This document shows, in pieces, positions 47,221 to 57,066 of a stretch of 64,000 bases of DNA. A model generated the notes under the pieces. The model was given only the letters and a program-made list of their open reading frames with translations. It searched no databases and was not told where the DNA came from. Every line of letters begins with the position of its first letter. Positions within the stretch are counted from its first letter, which is position 1. The stretch is from Candidatus Krumholzibacteriia bacterium (GTDB taxonomy: Bacteria; Krumholzibacteriota; Krumholzibacteriia; JAJRXK01), in contig JBGPIA010000001.1 in NCBI GenBank assembly GCA_041484665.1, forward strand, positions 128,001-192,000, given 5' to 3'. The translations under genes were made by a program, and so were the position numbers.

Positions 47221-49839
47221 TCAAAGCCCCAGCTGCGGCGCCAGCGCCGGGTACAGCGCCTCGGCGATCATGCGGTGCGCCATGGCGTTGGGGTGCCCAT
47301 CCCACTTCGCAATCTGGAGCTGCTCCATGGACGGCGCGCTCTTGTAGACGTCCAGCAGGTCGATCGCCGTGATTCCAGCCTGCCGGGCCAGCTCCATCTG
47401 CCGGCGCATCTCGGCGGTGCTCTCGGCGCTCTCGACGCGCGGCTGTGGCATGAAGACGCCCAGCGGCTTGATCCCGCGCTGCAAGCACCGCTGCGTCATC
47501 TCCTGGTAGACCCAGAGCAGAGCCTGTTCGCGGTATGGCCGCAGCTTCGCGTCTGCCTCCGCCGGCGACATGCCGTTGCGGATCCCGGACTGCCGCACCA
47601 GCTCGGTCAGCGGCGCGTAGGGCAGCGCGTAGCCGGCCTCCACGCTCTCGGCGAGCTCCTTCGCCACCCAGTAGAGGTCGTTGATGCCGACGGTGAGCAG
47701 CGCGTCGGGCTGGAACTCCAGGGCCTTGCGATCCAGCACGCACAGCCGCGCGACGGGCCCGTACCCCCCCACCGAGAAGTTGAGGATCTCGTAGCGGCGA
47801 TGCTCCTGCGCCCCGTGCTCGGCGTTCAGGCGGTCCTCGACGAGGCTCTCGAAGTCCTGGCCGTCTTCCACGCCTGTGCCCATGGCGTGGGAATCCCCCA
47901 GCAGCGCCACGCGGTATGTGCGGGACGGCTTCTGTTGCTCGTAGTCGCGGTCGCGCATGGCCCAGCGATTGGTCGTCATCATCGCGCCCTTGAACGCGAC
48001 GTGGCGCGACGGCAACAGCTCGTGGGTAGGGAAGCTCCCCGTGCGATGGATGGCCCAGCAGCGGTCCCAGTTGGGCGGCTTCTCGGCGTAGAGCGCGGCA
48101 AGCTGCGGGTTGAAGCGCGTGACGTCGGTGAGGTCCTCGTAGTAGCCGCGGTCGAGCATCTGCGCGTCGGTGCGCGAGAGGCGCAGCGGGTTTTTGAGCC
48201 GGTCCACCACGTCGGCGACGGCCGGATCGTAGTGCAGCACCAGCGAGCCGTACGCAATCACGAGCAGGCCGCAGCTGGCCAGCCCCACGCGCACCGCACT
48301 CCACGGGATGGGGAGCCCCGCAGCGACTTGGGGTGCGGCCGGGACCGCGCCCCGCGCGCCAGCCAGTGCAGCGGCCGTCGCAGCAGCCGTTGCAGCCGCT
48401 GTCGCGGCCTTCTCCCTGCGGTCGTACCAGACCGCGGCCAGCCCCAGCGCCACCAGACCGCCCAAGATCCAGGCGGCGTCGGCCACTCCCATCACGCGCA
48501 GCTTGCCAGCGGCCAGGCGCAACTCGCCCAGCGACGGAGCCGACCAGATCGCCCAGCTCGCGCAGATCACGGCAAATGTCCCCACCGTGCGCAGGGCGAG
48601 CTGCAGGTCGGACCCCAACGTGCGGCGCGCTGCGGTCAGGCTGCGGCGGCGACCGTGGCGGGCCTCCCGCAGCATGTTGGCCAGCACCACCAGGCCCATG
48701 ACCGACCAGAAAACGATGTCCTGCCAGATCACGGGAAAGCTGCCCCGGATCCAGAACCACTGGTAGGAGTGCAGCGCCCAGGTGGCGAAGAAGGCGACGA
48801 ACGTGGCCAGCACCAGCGCGGCCGTGGCGCCCATGCGCTTGCTGAGCCGGAAGTAGACCGGATTGAAGAAGATCTTCTGGAGGAACTCCTTCCAGTAGAT
48901 GTTGATGCGCCGCCAGTAGTCGGTGAAGCTGCTCGCCAGGAAGTACCTGTGGTTGGTCTGCGGCAGCGCGAACCCGAACGCGCGCATCATCCCGATCGCG
49001 AGATGGAAACTGCCGGAGATGCGCAGGTACAGCAGGTAGGGCCGGACCAGATAGAGCGCCGCGCCCCCTGCGCTCTTGACCGAGGCCGGATCCACCGACA
49101 AGTACTGGTACACGAGGCGGTACAGCAGGAGCTGCATCAGCCCGCGGAACATCCACTCGATTCCGCTCTGGGCAATGTGCAACTCGTCGACGGAGCCGCG
49201 CGACCGGCAGAATGTCTTGTAGTCGACCACCGGGAAGAGCGGGAAGCAGAGATTGGGCAGCATGAAGAAGTACGCGAGCGCCCGCCAGGCGCCAAACGGC
49301 GCGGTGCGGTTGCGCAGGTCGTACAGGTAAACGATCAATCGGAACATGAACATCGCGCCGAAGATCGGCCAGATCGAGGACGACCACGGCGCGTGCCACC
49401 ATCCGGCGCGCAGGCAGGCCAGCGCTACGCCCGCCACGAGCACGAGCCCCAGGCGCAACGCAAACGCCACCGGCAGGTGAATCAGCGCGATGAGCACGGC
49501 GCCGATCGCCAGCAGCCACGCGCCTTGGGCGAATCCGAAGACGACGACCGTACCGGCGGCCGAGAGCAGCACGAAGAACGGCAGGCGAGCGCGCTCGGGC
49601 AGCCAGTGGAAGACGGCGAAGCCGCCGCAGGCCAGCTCCAGCACGCGGAAGAACGCCGCGCTCTCGATGGCATACGCCTGGACCAGCAACACCAGCAGCA
49701 CGAACTGCGCCGCAGCAACCACGAACGGCAGCAGCCGCGCCCCATGCGGCGCGACGGTGGACGCGCCCGGCGCGCCGGGCGAGAGGGGTCGCGCGCGCAG
49801 GGCTCCCGCGGGCGGCCTGGCGAGCGGCGAGTCCGTCAT
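47221..49839 (-). CDS. MBOAT O-acyltransferase (DltB/AlgI-like) fused to an SGNH domain (DltD/AlgJ-like)
   Basis: Multi-TM N-terminus with FMFRLIVYLYD, FLASSFTDYWRRINIYW, TWALHSY; soluble C-terminus with GDSH, VGGYG, GIND, DGHPN; start uncertain. Confidence 0.85.
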   Translation of the reverse strand: MTDSPLARPPAGALRARPLSPGAPGASTVAPHGARLLPFVVAAAQFVLLVLLVQAYAIESAAFFRVLELACGGFAVFHWLPERARLPFFVLLSAAGTVVVFGFAQGAWLLAIGAVLIALIHLPVAFALRLGLVLVAGVALACLRAGWWHAPWSSSIWPIFGAMFMFRLIVYLYDLRNRTAPFGAWRALAYFFMLPNLCFPLFPVVDYKTFCRSRGSVDELHIAQSGIEWMFRGLMQLLLYRLVYQYLSVDPASVKSAGGAALYLVRPYLLYLRISGSFHLAIGMMRAFGFALPQTNHRYFLASSFTDYWRRINIYWKEFLQKIFFNPVYFRLSKRMGATAALVLATFVAFFATWALHSYQWFWIRGSFPVIWQDIVFWSVMGLVVLANMLREARHGRRRSLTAARRTLGSDLQLALRTVGTFAVICASWAIWSAPSLGELRLAAGKLRVMGVADAAWILGGLVALGLAAVWYDRREKAATAAATAAATAAALAGARGAVPAAPQVAAGLPIPWSAVRVGLASCGLLVIAYGSLVLHYDPAVADVVDRLKNPLRLSRTDAQMLDRGYYEDLTDVTRFNPQLAALYAEKPPNWDRCWAIHRTGSFPTHELLPSRHVAFKGAMMTTNRWAMRDRDYEQQKPSRTYRVALLGDSHAMGTGVEDGQDFESLVEDRLNAEHGAQEHRRYEILNFSVGGYGPVARLCVLDRKALEFQPDALLTVGINDLYWVAKELAESVEAGYALPYAPLTELVRQSGIRNGMSPAEADAKLRPYREQALLWVYQEMTQRCLQRGIKPLGVFMPQPRVESAESTAEMRRQMELARQAGITAIDLLDVYKSAPSMEQLQIAKWDGHPNAMAHRMIAEALYPALAPQLGL

Positions 49840-50022
49840 GACGAGCGGGAGCGGCGGGTAGACAAGCCCGCGACCGAGCTGGACGGCTCGTGGATGCAGA
49901 CGCAGGAATGCATGGGCGCAGTCGGATCTCCCTGACCGATCCCGCGGGACGGCGGCCAGGTGGAGCCTGATCTCCTGAGCTGCTGGGTGTGATGTTCCGG
50001 GGGTATGTCGTTCGCGCGAGCG

Positions 50023-50052
50023 AGCATACCATCCGGCGCGACCGCCGGGCAA
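50023..50052 (-). promoter_or_regulatory. Putative sigma70 promoter of the MBOAT-carrier-A-domain-dehydrogenase operon
   Basis: TTGCCC-18 nt-TATGCT with a TG extended -10 on the minus strand. Confidence 0.5.
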
Positions 50053-50157
50053 GCCGACGGCCGGCGAAGGCGCTGCTTTACCGGCCGTCCTCGAGCCGCA
50101 CGGGCACCCTCGCGGGCAGGGCCGCGGCGGCCGCAGCCCTCCCCGGGGTGCCCCCGC

Positions 50158-53157
50158 CTACTTCACCAGGCTCATGCTGCGAGTGGCCTGGAAATCACCC
50201 GCCTCGATCCGGTACAGGTACGTACCGCTGGCCACCGCCGCGCCGTTCGCGTCGCGACCGTCCCAGCGCACACTGTGCGAGCCCTCGGTCAGCTCCCCCG
50301 CCAAGAGGGAGCGGATCATCCGGCCCGAAACGTCGTAGATCCGCAGCGTCGCGTGACCGGCCTGCGGCAGGTCGAACGCGATCATGGTCGACGGGTTGAA
50401 CGGGTTCGGCCGGTTCTGCGCCAGGAGATACCGCTGCGGCAGGCCCGACGACGGCGTGCCCACGTCCGTGGCGTCGAAGCTGACGATCTCGAAGTCATCG
50501 ACCGCCGCCTCGACCAGCGATCCCGGCGGCGCGTCCTCGGCAATGAACCGCAGCCGCACCTGGTCGGTCGGCGCGAGGATATCCTCCACGCGCACGATCA
50601 CCTTCGACCAGACGTTGGCCGATAGCAGCGTGTTCTCGACATCGGACCACGTGGTGCCGCCGTCGTTGCTGATCTTCACGCGCCACACGTCCGTGCCCGG
50701 CGCGCTGCCCAGGTTGTTGGTGTACCAGCGCCAGTACCGGATGGCCGGGTGGTGCATTCCGGAGAGGTTGAACACCGGCGTCTGGAGCGTCGTCTTTCCC
50801 CCGTCGACGTCCTCGGTGCCTGCCGGATCGGCCGGCGACGCAGCGTTACCGGTCACGAAGCACTGCACTCCGGCCAGTGTATGGTCGTCCTCCGGCTGCG
50901 CGGGCACGCCGTCGACGTTGCTGCCGATCGGATCGGCTTGCACCCACCGCCCGGTGGTGGCCGTGTCGTCAGCATTGGGGTTTACGGTCCAGGATGCCGC
51001 CGCCTCGAACGTCTGTAGGACTTGCTGGATCTGCGGTCCGACCAGGAATGAGAAGGGCAGCACCTGCGGCGTCTCCGGCAGCGTGATCGGCGACCCTCCG
51101 GCTGCGCTGGCGCGGAAGGAGTAGCGCACCAGCGTCCCCAGCGGCTGCGCGGGGATGGCCCCGTTGAACACGCCGCCGCCGGCCGGCGTCATGGGCGCGA
51201 CGGTCTCGGAGCCGCCGTCGAGTGTATAGACCAGCTGCACCGAGGAGGGATCGACGGCGAACAACGCGCTGCCGCTGGTCACCGTCGCAGCGATCGCCAG
51301 CGAGTTGGCCATGTCCACGGTGTCGGCGTGCTCCGTGTGGGCGATCGCGACATAGAGCGATGGCCCGATGCCGTGCTGGTTGAAGGCCTGCAGGATCTGG
51401 CTCCAGTGCGGTGTCTGGTTGGCCAGGTTCCCGTCGTCGTCATCGGCCACGAGCGTCTCGAGGAAGACCTCCTCGTAGGCGATGTGCGTGTCCACATCGT
51501 CGGGCAGCCCATACTTGGCGAAGTGGGCCAGATGCTGCGTCGTGGACAGGCCGACCAGCAGCCGCAGGTCCCAGAAAGCCCCTCCGATGATCAGGCCGTC
51601 GGTATGCACCTCGCCGGAGACGTCGCGCGGCCAGGTATTGGTGTTGACCAGGTCGCGGATGTGACCGCCGCCGACGAAGAATCCCTGGCCGATGACTGGG
51701 TCGTCCTCGACCATCGCCGCGTTGATGTCGGCCGTGCCCTCGTGGAGCGCGCCGTTGATCATCCCTAAGGGGCTGCCCAGCGACACGTAGAGGTTATCGT
51801 TGATGCCGTGGCCGTACTCGTGGAAGACGACGTCAGAGACCGACCCCGTGTTGTTGCATCCGGCGCCCGCCGCAAAGAAGTTGAGCCCCGTCCCATCCCA
51901 GAACGCGTTGCAGGTCTGGGGGATGTTGACCAGCACCGGGATGGCGTGGTCCAGCGCGACGAAGGATGGATCGATCCCCTTGATGTACGCGTGGGCGCGG
52001 GTGGTGTTGTAGAACGTATCGCGCTCGGGCTGGATGCTGTTCGCATTCGTGAACGGGATGTCCACGACCGGACTCACGTTGGGGTTGATGCCGGACTGGC
52101 TGAACAGGGCGGTGCTGCCGCCATCATTGCGGCTGACGGCGGCGAAGGGGCCGCGCATACGGGCGGTCAGCGAGATCGTTCCGCTGACCCCCGTCCGGCT
52201 GTAGAGGCCTGTGACATCGCTCTGCACGACGGCGCCGCCGGTCCCGGTCACCGTGACGGCGCAATCGCGCACCGGCAGGGTCTGCGGAACGTCCTCGGGT
52301 GACTGCGGATGGACCAGCCCGGTGACGGTGCCGCTCACGCTCGCGTAGCGCACGCGGTCGAAGCGCCAGCGCACCAGACCGCTGTGGGCGTCCACGAACG
52401 TATCCCACTCGTGGGGCGGCTCGGCCTGGCTCACGCGCACCCGGCGCACCAGCGCGTAGTCTGCGGCGGTGGCCGTCTCCAGCGGGAGCACGTAGAGCTC
52501 GTCGCCGCCGCTCGCGGAGTCGGCGTTAGGGTCGAAGACCAAGCCGGCGCGCGCCAGCACGCGAGCCGTCGCGGCGTCCACCGTCGGCACCACGTCGAGC
52601 TGTATGCCGGTGCGCGTGTCGGAGCCGAAGGCGAACACGCTGCCGTCGACGTCCAGGCGCACGGTGACGTCGGTGAGCAGCAGCGGCACGCCCTGGAAGC
52701 GCTGCTGGAAGTGGACATACCAGACGCGTCCCGCCTGCTCGGTGGCCGCCAGCTGGAGATCGGCCCCGGCAGCCCTGGTTAGCGCCGACTCCGAGCGCAA
52801 GAACCCGAGCGCGGCGGCCTGCGCTTGCTGTGGCGTGGCGATCGTGCCGGCGACGCGGATGCCGGCGCCAAAGGCGCGGTGCGGCGTCGCGGTCAGCGCG
52901 TTCCAGAGCACGTCCCAGCCGGAGTGGCGAGCGGTGAAATCGCCCCAGATGGCCGCGGCCTTGGCCGGCCCTGCGGGCGGGGCGGCAGTGATGAACGCGG
53001 CGCGGCCGGATTCCTGGGGCAATGGCACGGCGCCGTTGGCGGGCGATCCGGGCGTCTGGACTGCGAAGGCGGGCGAGGCACAAACCAAGAGGACAAACAG
53101 GAGCAGCGAAAGGCGGCCAACGTGGCGCGCTCTCCGGGACGGACGGGTCCGGATCAT
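50158..53157 (-). CDS. Secreted M4/M36-type zinc metalloprotease with propeptide and FlgD-Ig/T9SS-like C-terminal domain
   Basis: Signal peptide, FTP-like VHFQQRFQGVP, NAFWDG, HEYGH, GALHEGTAD, EVHTDG, C-terminal QNRPNPFNP...ASGTYLY. Confidence 0.9.
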   Translation of the reverse strand: MIRTRPSRRARHVGRLSLLLFVLLVCASPAFAVQTPGSPANGAVPLPQESGRAAFITAAPPAGPAKAAAIWGDFTARHSGWDVLWNALTATPHRAFGAGIRVAGTIATPQQAQAAALGFLRSESALTRAAGADLQLAATEQAGRVWYVHFQQRFQGVPLLLTDVTVRLDVDGSVFAFGSDTRTGIQLDVVPTVDAATARVLARAGLVFDPNADSASGGDELYVLPLETATAADYALVRRVRVSQAEPPHEWDTFVDAHSGLVRWRFDRVRYASVSGTVTGLVHPQSPEDVPQTLPVRDCAVTVTGTGGAVVQSDVTGLYSRTGVSGTISLTARMRGPFAAVSRNDGGSTALFSQSGINPNVSPVVDIPFTNANSIQPERDTFYNTTRAHAYIKGIDPSFVALDHAIPVLVNIPQTCNAFWDGTGLNFFAAGAGCNNTGSVSDVVFHEYGHGINDNLYVSLGSPLGMINGALHEGTADINAAMVEDDPVIGQGFFVGGGHIRDLVNTNTWPRDVSGEVHTDGLIIGGAFWDLRLLVGLSTTQHLAHFAKYGLPDDVDTHIAYEEVFLETLVADDDDGNLANQTPHWSQILQAFNQHGIGPSLYVAIAHTEHADTVDMANSLAIAATVTSGSALFAVDPSSVQLVYTLDGGSETVAPMTPAGGGVFNGAIPAQPLGTLVRYSFRASAAGGSPITLPETPQVLPFSFLVGPQIQQVLQTFEAAASWTVNPNADDTATTGRWVQADPIGSNVDGVPAQPEDDHTLAGVQCFVTGNAASPADPAGTEDVDGGKTTLQTPVFNLSGMHHPAIRYWRWYTNNLGSAPGTDVWRVKISNDGGTTWSDVENTLLSANVWSKVIVRVEDILAPTDQVRLRFIAEDAPPGSLVEAAVDDFEIVSFDATDVGTPSSGLPQRYLLAQNRPNPFNPSTMIAFDLPQAGHATLRIYDVSGRMIRSLLAGELTEGSHSVRWDGRDANGAAVASGTYLYRIEAGDFQATRSMSLVK

Positions 53158-53322
53158 AGCAGGTCCACACCTCCAGAGGTCCACGGGTGGTGAAACGCTC
53201 ACGGTGCCAAGGCGAGCCCGGGGGACCAGGGGAGAGGGGCCGGCCGCAGCGGCGAGAGCCGTCGAGTTCGATCGTCCGCACGCGAGACCCGGAGGGGAAG
53301 GAATCTGCCGCGGTGCCTGGTG

Positions 53323-53351
53323 ATTATATCATGGATACAGGGAGTTGTCCG
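53323..53351 (-). promoter_or_regulatory. sigma70 promoter for the protease gene
   Basis: CGGACA-17 nt-TATAAT (perfect -10) with TG extension. Confidence 0.6.
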
Positions 53352-53477
53352 CCGGGCCGGGAACGCGCGGGCGGCGTCGCACGACTGCGCGGACAAAGCT
53401 TTGGCAAAGCGGGTGCGGCGCCCCCGAGCTGCGCGGCACTGCGGGGCAACACGCGGGAGCGCGCGGTGCTCCGGGCG

Positions 53478-53822
53478 TCAGCGCACGGCGACCGAGAGCG
53501 AGTCGGCGGCCAGCACGGCGACGTCGTTGCGACTGGCCATTCCCGGCGTGAAATAGCCGCCCTTGGCACAGGCGCGCCCGCCGCCGGCAAAGCGTACCCA
53601 GACCTGCAGGGGGCCCTCGGTGGCCAACGCGAGCGGCGCCTCGATCACGGCTCCAGGCGCGACCGCGGGAAGGACCGTCGCTTGCGCGCCGACCACCACC
53701 GTCACCGATGCCACCGGCCGCGCCGACCGGTTCCACACTCGAACCGTTGGAAGGTCGTCGCGGCTCATGCCCAGCCCCAGCACCAGGAATGCGAAGCCAA
53801 CCACGATCAGGAGGATTCGCAT
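53478..53822 (-). CDS. Small hypothetical membrane-anchored protein
   Basis: MRILLIVVGFAFLVLGLG anchor then a beta-rich domain with VWNRS and GYFTPG. Confidence 0.65.
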   Translation of the reverse strand: MRILLIVVGFAFLVLGLGMSRDDLPTVRVWNRSARPVASVTVVVGAQATVLPAVAPGAVIEAPLALATEGPLQVWVRFAGGGRACAKGGYFTPGMASRNDVAVLAADSLSVAVR

Positions 53823-54027
53823 GGCGAACGTTCGCGTAGCAGGATTCGCTCCAGACGCTGCGCAGCCTGGCCCGGGGATCTTGGGTCCTGGCCTTTCGCC
53901 TTGCCTCCCCCCGGGCGGTCCCCTAAGCTGTACCGTCTGCGCCGCGCCGCGGGCGCACCCGACGCTGATGCTCGGCGGAGCGAGTGCCGGATCTTCCGCA
54001 TTCAGAATGGTTTGAAGGGGTTCGTCC

Positions 54028-55179
54028 ATGAGATACCTGCTCCTGGGCGCAGGCCAGCAGGGCCGTGCCATCGCCTTCGATCTGCTCCGCGATCCCGACA
54101 CCGAGGTCGTGCTCGCCGATGCGGATCCGGACCACCTCGAGGAGGTCGTCGCGTGGTTGGACGACCCGCGGGTGTCCCCCGAGCCAATCGACGCCACCCG
54201 CCGCGACGAGTGCCGCGCCGCCATGGACGAGATCGATTGCGCGATCAACGCGTTGCCGTACGCATTCAACTACGACCTCACCCTGGATGCGATCGCCACC
54301 AAGACGCGCCTCGTCGACCTGGGTGGAAACACTTCGGTCGTGCATAGCCAGATCGAGCTCGACGCTCAGGCGCGCGAGGCCGGCATCACCGTCATTCCCG
54401 ACTGCGGACTGGCGCCTGGGCTGGCGGTGATCCTCGCCGCCGATGCCTGCAACCGCCTCACCCGCGTGGAGGAGCTCAAGATCCGCGTCGGCGGGCTCCC
54501 CCAGAAGCCCCAGGGCGCGCTCCAGTACATGCTGACCTTCAACGTCGAAGGGCTGCTCAACGAGTACAGCGAGCCCGTGCTGGCCGTCCGCGCCGGCGAA
54601 ACGGTGCGCCTGGAACCCCTGACTGAGGTCGAGACGCTCCGATTCCCGGAGCCCTTCGGGGACCTCGAGGCGTTCCTCACCAGCGGGGGCCTCTCGACCC
54701 TGCCGCGCACGCTGGCGCACAAGGTCGAAAACATGGACTACAAGACGATCCGGTACGCGGGTCACGCGGCGTTGATGCGCTCGTACTACGAGCTGGGGTT
54801 GTTCAGCCGCGAGTCCCGCTCCCTTTCGGACGGCAGCAAGGTGCGCCCGCGCGATGTGCTCGCGAAGCTCGTCGAGGACACCTGCTCCTACCAGGAAGCC
54901 GACGTGGTGCTGCTGCGCATCACGGCCGACGGTGTGAAGAACAACGTGCCCGTCACGGTGCGGACCCAGATCATCGACCGATTCGACAAGGAGAACGGGA
55001 TCACGGCCATGATGCGCCTGACGGGCTATCCCACGGCGATCATCGCGCGCATGCTGGCCGCCGGGGTGATCGTCGAGCACGGTGTGCTGCCCGGCGAGCG
55101 CTGCGTTCCCGTAGATCTCCTGCGCACCGAGCTGAAGCACCGTGACATCCAGCTCGAGGAGATGGTGAAGGTCGTCTGA
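54028..55179 (+). CDS. Saccharopine dehydrogenase family (lysine 6-dehydrogenase-like)
   Basis: LLGAGQQG, VDLGGN, PDCGLAPG, VGGLPQ, EGLLNEY, YKTIRYAGH, TAMMRLTG. Confidence 0.9.
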   Translation: MRYLLLGAGQQGRAIAFDLLRDPDTEVVLADADPDHLEEVVAWLDDPRVSPEPIDATRRDECRAAMDEIDCAINALPYAFNYDLTLDAIATKTRLVDLGGNTSVVHSQIELDAQAREAGITVIPDCGLAPGLAVILAADACNRLTRVEELKIRVGGLPQKPQGALQYMLTFNVEGLLNEYSEPVLAVRAGETVRLEPLTEVETLRFPEPFGDLEAFLTSGGLSTLPRTLAHKVENMDYKTIRYAGHAALMRSYYELGLFSRESRSLSDGSKVRPRDVLAKLVEDTCSYQEADVVLLRITADGVKNNVPVTVRTQIIDRFDKENGITAMMRLTGYPTAIIARMLAAGVIVEHGVLPGERCVPVDLLRTELKHRDIQLEEMVKVV

Positions 55180-55190
55180 CGCCGCGCGGC

Positions 55191-56948
55191 ATGAGCGCTC
55201 CCACACTGCGCTACAGCCTCCGCATCGCCGACATCCCGGGCAAGCGCCTCGAGGTGCGCATCGCCGTACCGTCCGCGCCCGGCGAGCCGCTGCGCCTGCG
55301 CATGCCGGCGTGGATCCCCGGCAGTTACCTGATCCGCGAGTTCGCCGGCCACGTCGTTGGCGTCACGGCGCAGGCGGGCGGCCGAGCTGTAGCGGTCCAC
55401 AAAGAGGACAAGGCCACCTGGCGCGTGACCGCGCGCGCCGGAGAGTCGCTGGAGATCGCCTATCAGGTCTACGCGCCTGAGCTGAGCGTGCGCACCAACG
55501 ATGTCTCCGACGATCACGCCTTCGTTAGCCCCGGCGCCACGTTCATGGCGGTGGAGGGCCTGGAGGGCGTGCCGGCCACTTTGCGCGTCGAGGCCCCCGC
55601 GGGCTGGCACGCGGCGGTGGCGCTGGAGCCCGTGGCGCGGTCGGCCGACACGTTCTACGTGCCCGACTACGAGACCCTCGTGGACAGTCCACTGGAGATC
55701 GGCCCCCACGACGTCCACGTCTTCGAGGTGCAGGGAAGACGCCACGAGGTGGTCTGCCACGGCGACGGCAACCTGGACGTACCGCGGTTCTTGGGCGACG
55801 TCCGGCGCATCGTCGAGGCCGAGGCGGCGCTCTTCGGCGAGCTCCCCTACCGGCGCTATCTGTTCATCGTGCACCTGACCCACGATCGCAGCGGCGGGCT
55901 GGAGCACGCGCAGTGCTGCGCCGTGGCCTGGCCAAAGCTGAAGTTCCGGCCCGAGAAGGAATATCGCCGCTTCCTGACGCTGGTTGCCCACGAGTTCTTC
56001 CACCTGTGGAACGTCAAGCGCATCCGCCCCGCGGCTCTGGTGGGCGCCGACCTGGCGCAGGAGACCTACACACGCCTGCTGTGGGTGTTCGAGGGAATCA
56101 CCAGCTACTACGACGAGCTCATTCCTCTACGCGCAGGGCTCTTCGCTCCCCGCGACTTCTTCGAGCTGCTGTGCGAGCGGATCGTTGCCGAGGCGTCCCG
56201 CCCGGGACGTGCGGTGCAGAGCCTGGCCGAGAGCAGCTTCGACACCTGGATCAAGCTCTACCGTCCCACCCCGGACAGCCTCAACAGCCAGGTGAGCTAC
56301 TACGAGCGCGGCGAGCTGGTGGCGTTGTTGCTGGATCTCCTGCTGCGCCACGCCAGCGCGGATGAGCGCAGCCTCGACGACGTGATGCGCGCGCTTTACA
56401 GCGAGCTGGGCCGCTCCGGGCGCGGCCTGGAGGAAGACGCGCTGCCGACGCTGGTGCACACGGTAACCGGCGTGGACGTGAGCGAATTCCTGCGCGAGCA
56501 CATCGAAACCACCGTGCCGCTGCGCTTCGACGCGGCGCTGGCCCACGTCGGGCTGCGCCTGCAGCCCAAGCCGCGCGACCCGGCGCAGCCCGAGTCGGGC
56601 TGGCTGGGCCTGCGCATGGAGAACGGTGAATCGCCCAATCGCGTGGCCGCCGTGCTGCTGGGCGGCCCGGCCCACGCCGGCGGCCTCACGGCCGGTGACG
56701 AGATCGTGGCCCTGAACGGTCACCGCGTCGGCAGCAACTTCAAGGAGCAGATCGAGCTCTTCCGTCCCGGCGAGACGGCCACCTGGGCCGCATTCCGGCG
56801 CGACCGACTGGCGCAGGGCACGGTGATCTTCGGGCGCGATCCGAATCCGCCGCTGGAGATCATTGCGGTGGAGAGCCCGTCCGTGCTGCAGTGCCGCAGC
56901 TTCGCTCGCTGGAGCGCAGCCGAGTGGCCGTTCGATCCGGGCGTGTGA
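55191..56948 (+). CDS. M61 aminopeptidase with PDZ domain
   Basis: [47 protein letters not shown]-terminal PDZ. Confidence 0.93.
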   Translation: MSAPTLRYSLRIADIPGKRLEVRIAVPSAPGEPLRLRMPAWIPGSYLIREFAGHVVGVTAQAGGRAVAVHKEDKATWRVTARAGESLEIAYQVYAPELSVRTNDVSDDHAFVSPGATFMAVEGLEGVPATLRVEAPAGWHAAVALEPVARSADTFYVPDYETLVDSPLEIGPHDVHVFEVQGRRHEVVCHGDGNLDVPRFLGDVRRIVEAEAALFGELPYRRYLFIVHLTHDRSGGLEHAQCCAVAWPKLKFRPEKEYRRFLTLVAHEFFHLWNVKRIRPAALVGADLAQETYTRLLWVFEGITSYYDELIPLRAGLFAPRDFFELLCERIVAEASRPGRAVQSLAESSFDTWIKLYRPTPDSLNSQVSYYERGELVALLLDLLLRHASADERSLDDVMRALYSELGRSGRGLEEDALPTLVHTVTGVDVSEFLREHIETTVPLRFDAALAHVGLRLQPKPRDPAQPESGWLGLRMENGESPNRVAAVLLGGPAHAGGLTAGDEIVALNGHRVGSNFKEQIELFRPGETATWAAFRRDRLAQGTVIFGRDPNPPLEIIAVESPSVLQCRSFARWSAAEWPFDPGV

Positions 56949-57066
56949 GCCGCCCCGGTCGTCGCGCGGGGCCGCGCCGCGCCGGCAACTCCCAGCCAGC
57001 TTTCACGTAATTGGATCCAAGCGGCCCGTGGCGGGCCGCCCGCAACCGCAAGCCAGGAGGGACACG

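Noticed and set aside
43958..49839. Annotation as a canonical dltABCD operon
   Set aside because: The A-domain code is proline-type, a dehydrogenase is included, the MBOAT motif differs, and the window encodes outer-membrane proteins (diderm host).
46849..49935. 1028-aa plus-strand ORF and 990-aa alternative minus-strand ORF
   Set aside because: Antisense and off-frame shadows of the MBOAT-SGNH gene; Arg/Ala/Gly-rich with no motifs, as expected at high GC.
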